DNA of 64,000 nucleotides from Elusimicrobiota bacterium (GTDB taxonomy: Bacteria; Elusimicrobiota; Elusimicrobia; F11). Where the stretch lies: NCBI GenBank assembly GCA_044221725.1, contig JBGAON010000002.1, positions 64,001 through 128,000 of the forward strand, in the 5' to 3' direction. The translations under genes were made by a program, and so were the position numbers. The notes below the pieces were generated by a model, which was not told the DNA's origin, made no database searches, and was given only the letters and a program-made list of their open reading frames with translations. Positions 47,201-56,346 of this stretch are shown here, in pieces; positions within the stretch are counted from its first letter, which is position 1, and the number at the start of each line of letters is the position of its first letter.

Positions 47201-47445
47201 TCACAAAGGAAGATTCGTTGATGCATGGAAAAAACACATTTTCGCTGCATTTGTTTGGCGTCCCAGTAACATACGTGAACGAATCGCGTAAAAATACGTT
47301 TGGCGCGGGTGCCGCGAAGCTGGTCGGGTACGAATGGATTTTGGACGGACGTTTCTATCGCCACAACGGGCGCCACCTGACATGGGACGCTTCGATGGCG
47401 CTGCGGGAAGGGAAACTTGAAAAGCTGACGATCTACCTTAAATAA
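44245..47445 (+). CDS. Large glycoside phosphorylase, GH161-like (beta-1,3-glucan phosphorylase)
   Basis: 1066 aa, no signal peptide; 'FSNFLPALAG..GKPMWVFFTNRGQ', 'RKHGDMERDYN', 'SQGNGNFRDVNQNRR', 'EMEADKPGWCDALNGLPG', 'PGWLENESIFLHMHYKY', 'RLSGATSEFL'. Confidence 0.75.
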   Translation: MKPKFTAQGESFVIDHYNSAAPFSNFLPALAGLTGKPMWVFFTNRGQGIAGFGVNNKDGAMMEFLAANKAYQATPLVGFRTFIQSGNGKSAVYEPFSIESSARHHQSMVSRPYEVEFREKNAELGIEVTVTYFGVPNENCAVLARSLTIKNIGNKTLSLNVVDGMPRIVPFGMNDFLVKNMSRTIEAFAEVVNLKANVPLFKLKIEPSDRPEIKFLDSGFFAFSLFDEDFLAPIVDPSLVFGSDTSFQKTLESLDRVKPSPKQLTSNIMPSAFFSNATNIAAKQSRTWTSFYGYVESVAEANHYAVSVKSQKNYFDSKRAEMKQVYVDLVGNFGFTSGNETLNQYASTTFMDNVLRGGLPAIFGPPPAAPTLSPHVAHVFARKHGDMERDYNNFQVSATAYSQGNGNFRDVNQNRRNDLLVNPKVGTANLEMFFNMLQLDGFNPLVVNPVRFSVPKDILNRLDLNMTDRARADYVALIRQPALIGQIYEFIRRYSVDPLNVNNQFRDVMNISTPHQGVQHGEGFWIDHWIYNLDHLDLFVAMFPEKKKWLFYEKNDFTFYDSDHFVRPRREKYILTSDKKIRQYGAVVESPQKAELIKARLTQPNKVRTENGQGDILQVNFFTKLLALATVKASSLDPHGVGLEMEADKPGWCDALNGLPGIIGSSSHEMFELHRLVKFIIDEVLPLSENKAVDIPSELYSFLREVHEGLELYDGKDFVPVWDRLSTAREDFRARTFMGMSGKTRNIRVLELKNFLTVVSTALSRAEKKAMDPETGIPTSYFYYDVDGSDLGDGWRHSLATIVWKQHRLPPFLEGAVHAMKTLKPGDARKLYNAVKKSELYDREVKMYRLNAPLTNETTELGRVCVFSPGWLENESIFLHMHYKYLLELLRAGMTDTFFREIETGWIAFHNPEVYGRSIYENSSFIASSAFPNAEYHGRGYVARLSGATSEFLSMTYILVFGQKMFKTIDSEVVFSPDPTLPKDWFTKEDSLMHGKNTFSLHLFGVPVTYVNESRKNTFGAGAAKLVGYEWILDGRFYRHNGRHLTWDASMALREGKLEKLTIYLK

Positions 47446-47450
47446 ATTGT

Positions 47451-47978
47451 CTACCACTCGTAAAAAATTTTTCCACCGCTGAAATCGTAGTTATCGTCGT
47501 TCAAATAAATGAATCCCTGCGCAGGGTCATAGATGAACGGCCGATCGATCGGAACAAATCCCGGTGTTCCTCGAAGAATAAACACATCTCGTTTTGGGTT
47601 TGACCGGCTCGCGGTGTCGGCCATGTCATCAAACCTGAATCCACCGCCGGTTAGAAGACGATCCCGCAAAATCGGCGTCGGTATTGTCTGTATATAGTGC
47701 GGGCACAGTGCTTGCGACAGATTGACTCCATATGTTTCCGGATCGCCATCGGGAACCGATGCCAACGGATACGTGCCAAGCTGATCCGAATAGTACAGCG
47801 CGATCGCCGAACGGATTGACCCCAGATTGCTGCGGGTATTCGATTGATACGCTTTCTGCAACAACATGTCGAAGTGTGGCGACATGATCGATGCGAGAAT
47901 TGCGATGATGATCACCACCATGAGAACTTCGATAAGCGTGTAGCCCGACGATTGGCAGCGGGGAATTTTAGGATTCAT
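47451..47978 (-). CDS. Type IV pilin / type II secretion pseudopilin-like protein
   Basis: Prepilin site G|YTLIEVLMVVIIIAILA with Glu+5, then 'NLGSIRSAIALYYSD..GTYP'. Confidence 0.85.
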   Translation of the reverse strand: MNPKIPRCQSSGYTLIEVLMVVIIIAILASIMSPHFDMLLQKAYQSNTRSNLGSIRSAIALYYSDQLGTYPLASVPDGDPETYGVNLSQALCPHYIQTIPTPILRDRLLTGGGFRFDDMADTASRSNPKRDVFILRGTPGFVPIDRPFIYDPAQGFIYLNDDNYDFSGGKIFYEW

Positions 47979-48699
47979 CCGTGGTCGTCTTGAGAGTGAT
48001 GCGTTTCGCGGTTTCGCGTGCGACCGTAATTGTAATTCCTCGGGCGGGTTTCAATTGGACGGACCCAGCGGGAATTGGTTCTGTCCAGGTTGAAGCATCG
48101 GTGTTCACTGCGGAAACGAGCGATTTCGAATAAGAAGCCGACAGAGATTTGTCGACGCGGATGCGGTACTGATGTGGTTGTGTGTCGACGTTTTCAACTT
48201 TCAGAAGCCCACCGCTGCGAAACAGGATCAGTATATTTTTCGAGGAATCGACGGCTTTGCGTTGGGTTTCCAATTGTTCCATTCGTTTTTGTTGGCGTTT
48301 GATGTAGGCGTACTGTGTCTGTTTCAGTTTCTCTTCTTCGGATGAATCGGTGACCGGCTGTTCAGCGGGTTTGTAAGAGCCCCATTTTGAGGATGCGGAT
48401 TTCTGGAGCTCTTCCTCTTTCATTCGTGCTTCTTCCGCTTTAATCCGCGCCAAAAGCACCGGATCCATTTTTGCAAGGGTCGAGGCCGAAAGTTTGTCCA
48501 ACATTCCCGGCACCACACGAAGTTTTTCCTTTGATCGATCCACCTGTTTCGGAGGTTCCGGATTTCTGATCATTATTCTCGCGCCAATGGAAACAATGCA
48601 AATAACGGCGAGTAGGCGAATTCGTTTCTTTGTCGCGCGGCGTCGGCGCAATTCTAGTTCTTCGGGGCTGTCGTAATAATTGGATGGGTCGTACGCCAT
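47968..48699 (-). CDS. Hypothetical membrane-anchored protein
   Basis: Basic N-terminus, one TM (LLAVICIVSIGARIMI), coiled-coil region, beta-rich C-terminus; overlaps the pilin start. Confidence 0.7.
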   Translation of the reverse strand: MAYDPSNYYDSPEELELRRRRATKKRIRLLAVICIVSIGARIMIRNPEPPKQVDRSKEKLRVVPGMLDKLSASTLAKMDPVLLARIKAEEARMKEEELQKSASSKWGSYKPAEQPVTDSSEEEKLKQTQYAYIKRQQKRMEQLETQRKAVDSSKNILILFRSGGLLKVENVDTQPHQYRIRVDKSLSASYSKSLVSAVNTDASTWTEPIPAGSVQLKPARGITITVARETAKRITLKTTTDES

Positions 48700-48792
48700 G
48701 GATTAAGTGTAGATATCTACCCAGTGATTTTCCAGCTCGAATAATTGATTTTTATCATCAAATTCCGATGATTTGCAGCTTGTTTCGTTTGC

Positions 48793-48821
48793 TTGACGCA
48801 TCCGCTCGAAATCAATACACT
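48793..48821 (+). promoter_or_regulatory. Sigma70-type promoter of the rimP-nusA-infB operon
   Basis: TTGACG-17 nt-TACACT. Confidence 0.8.
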
Positions 48822-48831
48822 AGCGCCCTGG

Positions 48832-48859
48832 AAGTGGCCCGAGAAAGGCCACTTTTTTT
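48832..48859 (+). terminator. rimP leader attenuator hairpin
   Basis: AAGTGGCC-cgagaaa-GGCCACTT followed by a T run, just downstream of the promoter; similar GTGG/CCAC hairpins are widely conserved ahead of rimP. Confidence 0.75.
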
Positions 48860-48884
48860 AATTTTAGAGGGATGTGGTGCCGCT

Positions 48885-49349
48885 GTGAACGATCTTTTAA
48901 CCAAAATTGAGCAATTGGTCACCCCTATTTTGGAAAAAGAAGACGTCGAATTGGTTGATTTAACGTATCAAAAATCACACGGTGGGTGGACGCTAAGTTT
49001 TTTTCTCGATAAACCCAACGGCATCACATTGGACGACTGTACCGACTGGAGTCACCGTTTGGGAACGATTCTCGATGCGTCGGATGTATTGGACCGCGCG
49101 TACGTATTGGAAGTATCGTCGCCAGGCTTGGATCGGTCACTTCGAAAGTTAAAGGATTTTCAAAAGTTTGCGGGACAGAAGGTGCACGTTCGGTTGCTGA
49201 ACCCGCTCAACGGCCAAAAGAATTTTCATGGTGTCTTGCTTGGGGCCAGCGAGAATTCCATTCGTCTGGAATTGGACGACAAACGAAAGGTCGACTTGCC
49301 AATGGATCAGTTGGCTAAATGTCGATTGCAGCCAGTGGTATCGTTTTAA
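48885..49349 (+). CDS. rimP: Ribosome maturation factor RimP
   Basis: 'DKPNGITLDDC', 'YVLEVSSPGLDR.L'; GTG start at 48885; precedes nusA. Confidence 0.95.
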   Translation: MNDLLTKIEQLVTPILEKEDVELVDLTYQKSHGGWTLSFFLDKPNGITLDDCTDWSHRLGTILDASDVLDRAYVLEVSSPGLDRSLRKLKDFQKFAGQKVHVRLLNPLNGQKNFHGVLLGASENSIRLELDDKRKVDLPMDQLAKCRLQPVVSF

Positions 49350-49377
49350 ACATTTTTAGAGTTGGACGGGAGGCGTC

Positions 49378-50769
49378 GTGGATATTAAAAGTGGTCTCGG
49401 GCATGTTCTGGACCAAATTGAACGCGAAAAAGGGATCAAAAAAGAAGAGATCTTAAAAATGATCGAGCAGGCGCTCGTATCGGCGTATCGCAAACACGCG
49501 GGCGATGCGGTCAACGTGGAAGCGCACCTCGATCCGTCCGGTGAAATTTCAGCCGTGGTTGTTAAAGTCATCGTTGAGAAAGTCGTCGACCCAATGACCG
49601 AAGTGAGCATCGAGGAAGCGAAAAGAATCGACGATAACGCCGCTGTTGGTGGTCAGGTTCGTTACCCCATTGATACCGAAGAGTTCGGACGTATTGCTGC
49701 GCAAACGGCCAAACAAGTTCTCACCCAAAAAATCCGCGAAACCGAAAGGGAATTCGTATACGACGAATTCAAACCGAAAGAAGGCACGCTCGTGAACGGA
49801 CAAGTGCATCGTTTTGTGAACCGCAACGTGGTCGTGGATCTTGGTCGCGCGGAAGGCGTGCTGCCGGTGCGCGAACAAGTGCGCCGTGAACATTGGGTGG
49901 TTGGAGAGCGTATTCGCGTGCTCGTGCTGCGCGTTGAAAAAGGCCCGCGCGGTCCCGAAGTTGTTTTGTCGCGTGCGAACGAAGATTTTGTGAAGCGTCT
50001 TTTTGAACAAGAGGTGCCCGAGATCTACGAGAAGACTGTTCAGGTCGTTGCCGTGGTTCGTGAGCCGGGCCAGCGTTCGAAAGTGGTTGTTAAATCGAAC
50101 AATCCTAAGGTTGACCCGATCGGGGCATGCGTTGGTGTGAAAGGTTCGCGTGTACGGCCGATCATTAACGAACTTCAGGGGGAGCGCATTGACCTGGTCC
50201 CGTTCTCGACGGATCCGGCGACGTTTATTTCCTCATCGTTAGCGCCCGCAAAGCCGCTTGGCGTTTCGATCATTGACGCGGATAAGAAACACGCCGAAGC
50301 GCTCGTCGCCGATGATGCGTTGTCGCTTGCCATTGGCAAGAATGGACAGAACGTGCGTCTCGCGTCCAAACTCACCGGTTGGGAAATTGATATCAAGACC
50401 GAGTCGCAACGCAAGCAACAAAGTCAAGCAAACGCGTCGGCGGCGCGTGCGATGTTTCTCGAACTTGAAGGCGTGGGACCTCGTATCGCGGATGTTTTGA
50501 TTCGCGGCCGTATGGACTCGCTTGAAAAAATAGCGAACGCCAAGGTGGAAGATTTAACGGTGTTTGCTGGTATTGGCGAAAAACTAGCCGAAAAAATGAT
50601 TCAATCGGCCAAAGAGCAACTTGAAAAAACGGCGCAGCAGCCTTCGGTACCGAATTTGTCTCCGACCGAGGGCGTGACGGCCTCCGACGTTACGAACGAA
50701 GAGCCGCAAGAAGGCGACATCGTGATCGAAGAGTCCGTTAACGGACATGCAAAGGAAATTTCCGAGTAA
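49378..50769 (+). CDS. nusA: Transcription termination/antitermination factor NusA
   Basis: '[12 protein letters not shown]', S1 and KH domains, '[14 protein letters not shown]', '[20 protein letters not shown]', HhH C-terminus. Confidence 0.97.
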   Translation: MDIKSGLGHVLDQIEREKGIKKEEILKMIEQALVSAYRKHAGDAVNVEAHLDPSGEISAVVVKVIVEKVVDPMTEVSIEEAKRIDDNAAVGGQVRYPIDTEEFGRIAAQTAKQVLTQKIRETEREFVYDEFKPKEGTLVNGQVHRFVNRNVVVDLGRAEGVLPVREQVRREHWVVGERIRVLVLRVEKGPRGPEVVLSRANEDFVKRLFEQEVPEIYEKTVQVVAVVREPGQRSKVVVKSNNPKVDPIGACVGVKGSRVRPIINELQGERIDLVPFSTDPATFISSSLAPAKPLGVSIIDADKKHAEALVADDALSLAIGKNGQNVRLASKLTGWEIDIKTESQRKQQSQANASAARAMFLELEGVGPRIADVLIRGRMDSLEKIANAKVEDLTVFAGIGEKLAEKMIQSAKEQLEKTAQQPSVPNLSPTEGVTASDVTNEEPQEGDIVIEESVNGHAKEISE

Positions 50770-50775
50770 TTATTC

Positions 50776-53064
50776 ATGACGAAAAAAGCTCCATCGACAA
50801 AAAAGAAAGCGGACGAAGGCGACGATAGCGCGGTTGATAAGAAGAAGGTGACAAAGGCGAAATCCGCCAGCGCTGCGAAACCGAAGAAAAAGGTTGCAAA
50901 GAAGGAAGAAGAGCCGGAGAGAAAACCGGTAAATCTGAAACCTTTCATCACTCCGCCTCCAGCAAGTTTCGGCACGCCCGTCGTGGTTCCTCCAGCGAAA
51001 AAGGTCGAGCCAACACCGGCTCCGAAGGTGACGCCGGCGCCCGTCGCAACACCGACACCAGCGCCAGCCGTCGCACCTGCACCCGCAAAAGTGGCACCGG
51101 TCGCAAAACCGGCTCCGGCCAAACCCGCGGTTCCGCCCACGCCGCACGCGGCTCCGCAAAAGAAAGTTGTGCCGGTTCCGATGGCCAAGCCAAAATTTAC
51201 GCCGCTCCCGCCGGCAGCGCCGAAACCGGTGGCTCCGAAGGCACCGGCAATTGCCGAGCGGCCGCAGTCGAAAAAAGCCGAAACCCTGGTGACGACCGAA
51301 GCGCCATCGGCAAAGAAGAAAATTCAATTTAATGAAATGATGGCCGTAAAAGATTTGGCGACGGCCATGAACGTGAATGTCGCTGAGGTCATTAAGAAGT
51401 TGTTGACGCTGGGCACGCCCGCGTCGATCAATCAGCGCTTGAACTCCGATATTGCAGCGCTCGTCGCCGATGCCTTTGGTTACGAATTTGAAGTGAAGTC
51501 GCTTTATACCGATGAGAAAACCGAAGCACCGGAACCGGAATCCGCGAAGAAGCCACGTCCACCCGTTGTGACCGTTATGGGTCACGTCGACCACGGAAAA
51601 ACGTCGCTGCTCGACGCCATCCGTTCAACATCCGTTGTGAAAGGCGAAGCGGGCGGAATCACGCAACATATCGGTGCCTATCAGGTGAAACTTCCGAAAG
51701 GAACCATCACGTTCCTCGACACGCCCGGTCACGAAGCGTTTACGGCGATGCGCGCGCGCGGAGCTATGGCGACCGATCTCGTTATTCTTGTTGTGGCCGC
51801 TGACGACAGCGTCATGCCTCAAACCGTCGAAGCGATCGACCACGCGAAAGCCGCCGGTGTTCCGATTGTTGTCGCCATCAACAAAGTTGATTTGCCCACG
51901 GCCAATGTTCAGAAAGTGAAGCAGGAGCTCGCGAACCGCGATCTCGTCGCCGAAGACTGGGGCGGCAAAACAATCATGGTGGAAGTCTCAGCGAAGACGA
52001 AACTGAACATCGATAAACTTTTGGAAATGATTTTGCTCGAAGCAGAAATTTTGGAATTGAAAGCGAACCCCGATCGTGCGGCGAAAGGTGTGGTCCTCGA
52101 AGCGCACATGGATCAACGGCGCGGTATCGTCGCGACGGTGCTCGTGCAAGCCGGCACACTAAAAATGGGCGACGTTGTGGTTTGCGGATTGACGTTCGGT
52201 CGCGTGCGCGCGATGCTCGATGAAAATTGGGCCACCATAGACGTTGCAGGGCCGTCCACACCGGTGCGTTTGCTCGGTTTGTCGACAGTGCCACAAGTCG
52301 GTGATCAGCTTTCCGTCGTAACAAGCGACCGCGAAGCTCGTGAAATTGCGGAGCGCCGCAAATTGTTCCTTAAAGAATCGGCCGATAAAAAGTCCTCACT
52401 TATTTCGCTCGAAGGTTTGCACGCAAAAATCGCCGAAGGAAAAATCCAAGATTTGCCGATTATTTTGAAATCCGACGTTCAGGGATCGATGCAAGCCATT
52501 CAGGACTCGCTTGGAAAATTGACGGGCTACCCTATTCAGTTGCGCTTTGTGCACGTTGGCGTCGGAAATATCAACGAATCGGATGTGTTGCTGGCCGAAG
52601 CCTCGGATGCGATCGTGTTTGGATTTCACGTGCGCGTGGAAGCCTCGGCGGAAGCGGAAGCGAAACGCGCGGGCGTGGATATTCGCACGTACCAAATCAT
52701 TTATGAAATGTTGGCCGATGTGAAGGCCGCTATGGAAGGATTGCTTAAGCCCGAAGAACGCGAAGTCGTGAAAGGTCGGGCCACGGTGAAAGGAATGTTC
52801 CCTTCGGCAAAGTACGGCATGATTGCCGGTTGCATGGTGACCGAGGGCAAAGTCACGCGCAACGGCAAAGCGCGCGTGATTCGCGGAGGGCAACTTATTG
52901 GATCGGGGCCGATCAGCAGCCTGAGACGATTTAAAGACGATGTGAAAGAAGTTGAGAAGGGCTACGAGTGCGGACTTTCGGTGGACGGTGTGCGTGCGTT
53001 TGACCAAGGCGACCTTATTGAGGTTTTCGTGATCGAAAAGCACGCTCGACGGTTGGACGCGTGA
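50776..53064 (+). CDS. infB: Translation initiation factor IF-2
   Basis: 'RPPVVTVMGHVDHGKTSLLD', 'GGITQHIGAY', 'DTPGHEAF', 'NKVD'; K/P/A-rich N-terminus. Confidence 0.98.
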   Translation: MTKKAPSTKKKADEGDDSAVDKKKVTKAKSASAAKPKKKVAKKEEEPERKPVNLKPFITPPPASFGTPVVVPPAKKVEPTPAPKVTPAPVATPTPAPAVAPAPAKVAPVAKPAPAKPAVPPTPHAAPQKKVVPVPMAKPKFTPLPPAAPKPVAPKAPAIAERPQSKKAETLVTTEAPSAKKKIQFNEMMAVKDLATAMNVNVAEVIKKLLTLGTPASINQRLNSDIAALVADAFGYEFEVKSLYTDEKTEAPEPESAKKPRPPVVTVMGHVDHGKTSLLDAIRSTSVVKGEAGGITQHIGAYQVKLPKGTITFLDTPGHEAFTAMRARGAMATDLVILVVAADDSVMPQTVEAIDHAKAAGVPIVVAINKVDLPTANVQKVKQELANRDLVAEDWGGKTIMVEVSAKTKLNIDKLLEMILLEAEILELKANPDRAAKGVVLEAHMDQRRGIVATVLVQAGTLKMGDVVVCGLTFGRVRAMLDENWATIDVAGPSTPVRLLGLSTVPQVGDQLSVVTSDREAREIAERRKLFLKESADKKSSLISLEGLHAKIAEGKIQDLPIILKSDVQGSMQAIQDSLGKLTGYPIQLRFVHVGVGNINESDVLLAEASDAIVFGFHVRVEASAEAEAKRAGVDIRTYQIIYEMLADVKAAMEGLLKPEEREVVKGRATVKGMFPSAKYGMIAGCMVTEGKVTRNGKARVIRGGQLIGSGPISSLRRFKDDVKEVEKGYECGLSVDGVRAFDQGDLIEVFVIEKHARRLDA

Positions 53065-53073
53065 GGCCGGCCC

Positions 53074-53424
53074 ATGCACCCGCGTCGGCTGGTCCGTCTT
53101 AACGAACTCATTCTTCAAACCGTTTCTCAAGCGGCGTTGAATCTGAAAGATCCGGGGCTTGGGTTTGTCACCATCACGGGCGCCGAACTCTCTCCTGACG
53201 TTTCCGTTGCAAAGATTTACTATTCGGTTCTCGGTACGCCGCTCGAGAAAAAGAACACGGCCGAAGCGCTGGAGCGCGCCAAACCCCACATCCGGCACGA
53301 AGTGGGAAAACTTGAAAATCTTCGTCGCGTGCCTCAATTAATGTTCTTCTATGACGACAGCGTCGAACGGGCCGACCGTGTGAATCAACTTTTGAATACC
53401 ATCCATAAAGAATCGCATGACTGA
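53074..53424 (+). CDS. rbfA: Ribosome-binding factor A
   Basis: 'LKDP.LGFVTIT', 'SPDVSVAKIY', 'LRRVPQLMFFYDDS'. Confidence 0.95.
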   Translation: MHPRRLVRLNELILQTVSQAALNLKDPGLGFVTITGAELSPDVSVAKIYYSVLGTPLEKKNTAEALERAKPHIRHEVGKLENLRRVPQLMFFYDDSVERADRVNQLLNTIHKESHD

Positions 53425-54394
53425 GTCTTCCCCGGTCGACCGGATCCTCGACCTTCTGAAGGAAGGGCAAACGTTTTGTTTGTCCGGCCATCAAAACCCC
53501 GACGGTGACGTGATCGGCTCGGAACTTGCGCTCGGAAGTTTGATTAAGCGACTCGGATCAAAAAAGCGCGTGGATATCCAGAACAATGGCCCGGTCCCAA
53601 AATCGGTGGGCTTTTTGCCGGGCGCCAATCAAATTAAAAATGTGAAGCATGTCGATGGAAAGTACGATGTGCTCATAGTGTTTGAATGCTCGGGCGCCGA
53701 CCGCATGGGCGGCATCATTAATTTCGAAACGCAGGTGGGCAAAGTGATTAATATCGACCATCACCTGCACAATCCAAATTTTGGTCACATTAACTTTGTC
53801 GAACCGACCACATCGTCGACAGCCGAACTTATTTTTAAAATTTTTGATCGCTCCGGTTTGCTGCTTCACGCCGATGAGGCAATGTGCATGTTCACCGGCC
53901 TCGTCACCGATACCGGCTGGTTTCGTTACGGAAACACGAATCCGCAGAGTCTGTCGATCGGTAGCAAGTTGCTCGCAACCGGATTTAAAATCGAAGATCT
54001 ATCCGAACGAATTTATTTGTCAAAGTCGAAAACCGCGCTGCCGCTTTTATCGCGTGTGCTTGCTGGGATGACGCTTCATTACGACGACCGCATGGCGCTT
54101 CTGAAATTGCCGGAGTCGCTGTTTAAAGAAATCGGAGCCACACCGGACGATGTTGAAGAAATTGTAAATCAAGGTTTGCAAATGGAAACCGTTGTGGCCT
54201 CGGTGTTACTGAAGGAGAAAACAAATCCTCCGGCCATCAAAGTCAGTTTTCGTTCGAAAGGGAATTACGATGTGAACCAAGTCGCGCGCGTGTTCGGTGG
54301 CGGAGGGCATCGCAATGCTTCGGGTTGCACCATTCTCCAGGATTTGGCGGAAGCCGAACAATCGATCATTAAGGAAATGCGTCGCGTATTTTAA
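53417..54394 (+). CDS. nrnA: DHH/DHHA1 oligoribonuclease / pAp phosphatase
   Basis: 'HQNPDGDVIGS', 'NIDHH', 'TDTGWF', 'SFRSK', 'GGGGHRNASG'. Confidence 0.9.
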   Translation: MTESSPVDRILDLLKEGQTFCLSGHQNPDGDVIGSELALGSLIKRLGSKKRVDIQNNGPVPKSVGFLPGANQIKNVKHVDGKYDVLIVFECSGADRMGGIINFETQVGKVINIDHHLHNPNFGHINFVEPTTSSTAELIFKIFDRSGLLLHADEAMCMFTGLVTDTGWFRYGNTNPQSLSIGSKLLATGFKIEDLSERIYLSKSKTALPLLSRVLAGMTLHYDDRMALLKLPESLFKEIGATPDDVEEIVNQGLQMETVVASVLLKEKTNPPAIKVSFRSKGNYDVNQVARVFGGGGHRNASGCTILQDLAEAEQSIIKEMRRVF

Positions 54395-54398
54395 AACG

Positions 54399-55109
54399 AT
54401 GTTGGACGGACTGCTGCTTGTCGATAAACCTTCGGGCCCCACGTCGTACGATTTGATTCGCTGGGTCAAACGCACCACGCGAACCACGTCTTCCGCGCCC
54501 ACGAAATTGAAGATTGGCCATTGCGGCACTTTGGATCCGTTGGCGTCCGGACTCATGATTTTGTTGTTTGGAAAGTCGACAAAGCGCCAGTCGGAAATTA
54601 TGGGGCAGCAAAAAATCTATCGCTGCACGATGAGGCTGGGGCTCGCGACGGATTCGGGCGATATCACCGGCAACGTGATAGAGAAAGCAGCCGTCCCCAA
54701 AATCGAACCCCGAGACCTTGAAGCAATTCAGCAAAAGTTTGTTGGCACCCAGCAGCAAATTCCTCCGATGTATTCAGCAATTAAAAAGGGCGGTGTTCCG
54801 CTTTACAAATTGGCGCGCAAAGGCGAGGTGGCTGAGCGCGAACCACGAACGATCACCATTTATGATTTGTCTTTTTTACGATTGGGAGGGGAGGAGATCG
54901 AATTTCGAGTGCGCTGTTCCTCTGGAACTTACGTGCGCACGCTGGTCGAAGATATCGCCAAGGCGCTCGGCAGCTGTGGCACCGTTCAAACGTTGACGCG
55001 TGAAGGTATCGGCGCGTTTCGCGTGGAACAGGCTGTTCAAGGAACCAGCTTGAAAGAGATGAGCGAGCAGCAGTTGGCCGGTTGCTTGCAAACAATTTCC
55101 CCGTGTTAA
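54399..55109 (+). CDS. truB: tRNA pseudouridine(55) synthase
   Basis: 'LLVDKPSGPTS', 'KIGHCGTLDPLASG', 'PPMYSAIK', 'CSSGTYVRTL'; short form without the PUA tail. Confidence 0.95.
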   Translation: MLDGLLLVDKPSGPTSYDLIRWVKRTTRTTSSAPTKLKIGHCGTLDPLASGLMILLFGKSTKRQSEIMGQQKIYRCTMRLGLATDSGDITGNVIEKAAVPKIEPRDLEAIQQKFVGTQQQIPPMYSAIKKGGVPLYKLARKGEVAEREPRTITIYDLSFLRLGGEEIEFRVRCSSGTYVRTLVEDIAKALGSCGTVQTLTREGIGAFRVEQAVQGTSLKEMSEQQLAGCLQTISPC

Positions 55110-56002
55110 AACGCGGACGTCTTATTACGATCGGGTCGTTTGATGGTGTGCATCTTGGGCATCAGGCGCTCCTCACGCGCACGGTGCACGAGGCTCAGAA
55201 ACGCCAGCGAAAGTCTCTGGCGTTGACCTTCGCGGTCCCACCGCGAATGGTTCTCGATCGGAACGCCGCTCATCGAATTTTAAGCACGCCCGAGGAAAAG
55301 GCGGTGCTGATTCGGTCGTTCGGAATCGACGAAGTGAAGTTTCTTGATTTCGACAAAAAAGTCGCCACGATCAAACCGTTTACGTTCTTTCGCGGATTTC
55401 TGTTAAACGATTTAAAAGCAAAAGGAATCGTTGTCGGCGCCGATTTTCGTTTTGGAATGGGGCGCGCCGCGGGCGCGTTGGAGTTGGTTCGGTGGGGAGA
55501 AGAATTTGAGATTCCGGTGTGGGTGATTTCTCCGGTGAAAACACGCGGCCAAGTGATTTCGTCCACGCTGATTCGGCATTTGTTGGAAACCAATCGTTAC
55601 AAGCAGGCGATCGGTTTTCTCGGGCATCCTTATCTTATTCAGGGGCGCGTCGTGACCGGCCATCGCATCGGGCGAAAACTTGGTTTTCCTACCGCAAATA
55701 TCAAAACGTTTCCGGGAAAAATTATTCCGCGCGGCGTGTTCGCCGTGCGCGGTACCATTTTAAAATCAAAACAGCCGCAGTTTGAAGGCGTCTGCAACAT
55801 CGGCACCCGCCCCACGTTTCGAGATGGAACCGGTGTCTCGACCGAGGTGCATATTTTCGGAAAATCCCCGCGGCTCACGGGAAAAACATTGCAAGTTGAA
55901 CTTGTACAGTGGCTGCGCGCGGAACGCAAGTTTGAAAACCCACGGCAGTTGCAACGTGCTATCGCATCGGATATTTACCGCGCGAAGACGATTTTAAGCT
56001 GA
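55103..56002 (+). CDS. ribF: Bifunctional riboflavin kinase / FAD synthetase
   Basis: 'IGSFDGVHLGHQ', 'VGADFRFG', 'ISSTLIR', 'GRKLGFPTAN', 'NIGTRPTF'; start is GTG 55103 or TTG 55082. Confidence 0.95.
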   Translation: MLKRGRLITIGSFDGVHLGHQALLTRTVHEAQKRQRKSLALTFAVPPRMVLDRNAAHRILSTPEEKAVLIRSFGIDEVKFLDFDKKVATIKPFTFFRGFLLNDLKAKGIVVGADFRFGMGRAAGALELVRWGEEFEIPVWVISPVKTRGQVISSTLIRHLLETNRYKQAIGFLGHPYLIQGRVVTGHRIGRKLGFPTANIKTFPGKIIPRGVFAVRGTILKSKQPQFEGVCNIGTRPTFRDGTGVSTEVHIFGKSPRLTGKTLQVELVQWLRAERKFENPRQLQRAIASDIYRAKTILS

Positions 56003-56024
56003 AAACGCGCAGCAAATTCAGTGC

Positions 56025-56053
56025 TTTACAGAGAGAAGCAAGTACCTTATAAT
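56025..56053 (+). promoter_or_regulatory. Sigma70-type promoter for rpsO-pnp
   Basis: TTTACA-17 nt-TATAAT. Confidence 0.8.
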
Positions 56054-56079
56054 CCACGCCATACTTTTTAGGAGAATTT

Positions 56080-56346
56080 ATGATTGGTAAAGAATCGAAA
56101 TTAGCGGCCGCGACGCCGTTCAAGCTGCACCCAAATGACACCGGAAGCTCAAGCGTTCAGATTGCCGTGCTCACCGCCCGCATCAACGACCTCTCGAAAC
56201 ATCTCACCGCGAACAAAAAAGATCATATCTCTCGTGTTGGATTGTTGAAACTCGTTGGACAACGCCGCCGTTTGCTGAATTTCCTCAATGAATCAGACCC
56301 CAAGCAGTATCAAAAAGTCATATCCGAATTAAATCTCAGAAAATAA
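56080..56346 (+). CDS. rpsO: 30S ribosomal protein S15
   Basis: '[16 protein letters not shown]', '[21 protein letters not shown]', C-terminal LRK. Confidence 0.97.
   Translation: MIGKESKLAAATPFKLHPNDTGSSSVQIAVLTARINDLSKHLTANKKDHISRVGLLKLVGQRRRLLNFLNESDPKQYQKVISELNLRK

Noticed and set aside
48630..48884. 85-aa N-terminal extension of RimP in the ORF track
   Set aside because: It spans the promoter and leader hairpin; RimP homology starts at the GTG at 48885.
50776..51320. Pro/Ala/Lys repeats in infB and the antisense ORFs 50601-51188 and 50770-51594
   Set aside because: This is the ordinary variable, disordered IF-2 N-terminus; the antisense ORFs are shadows of its biased codons.
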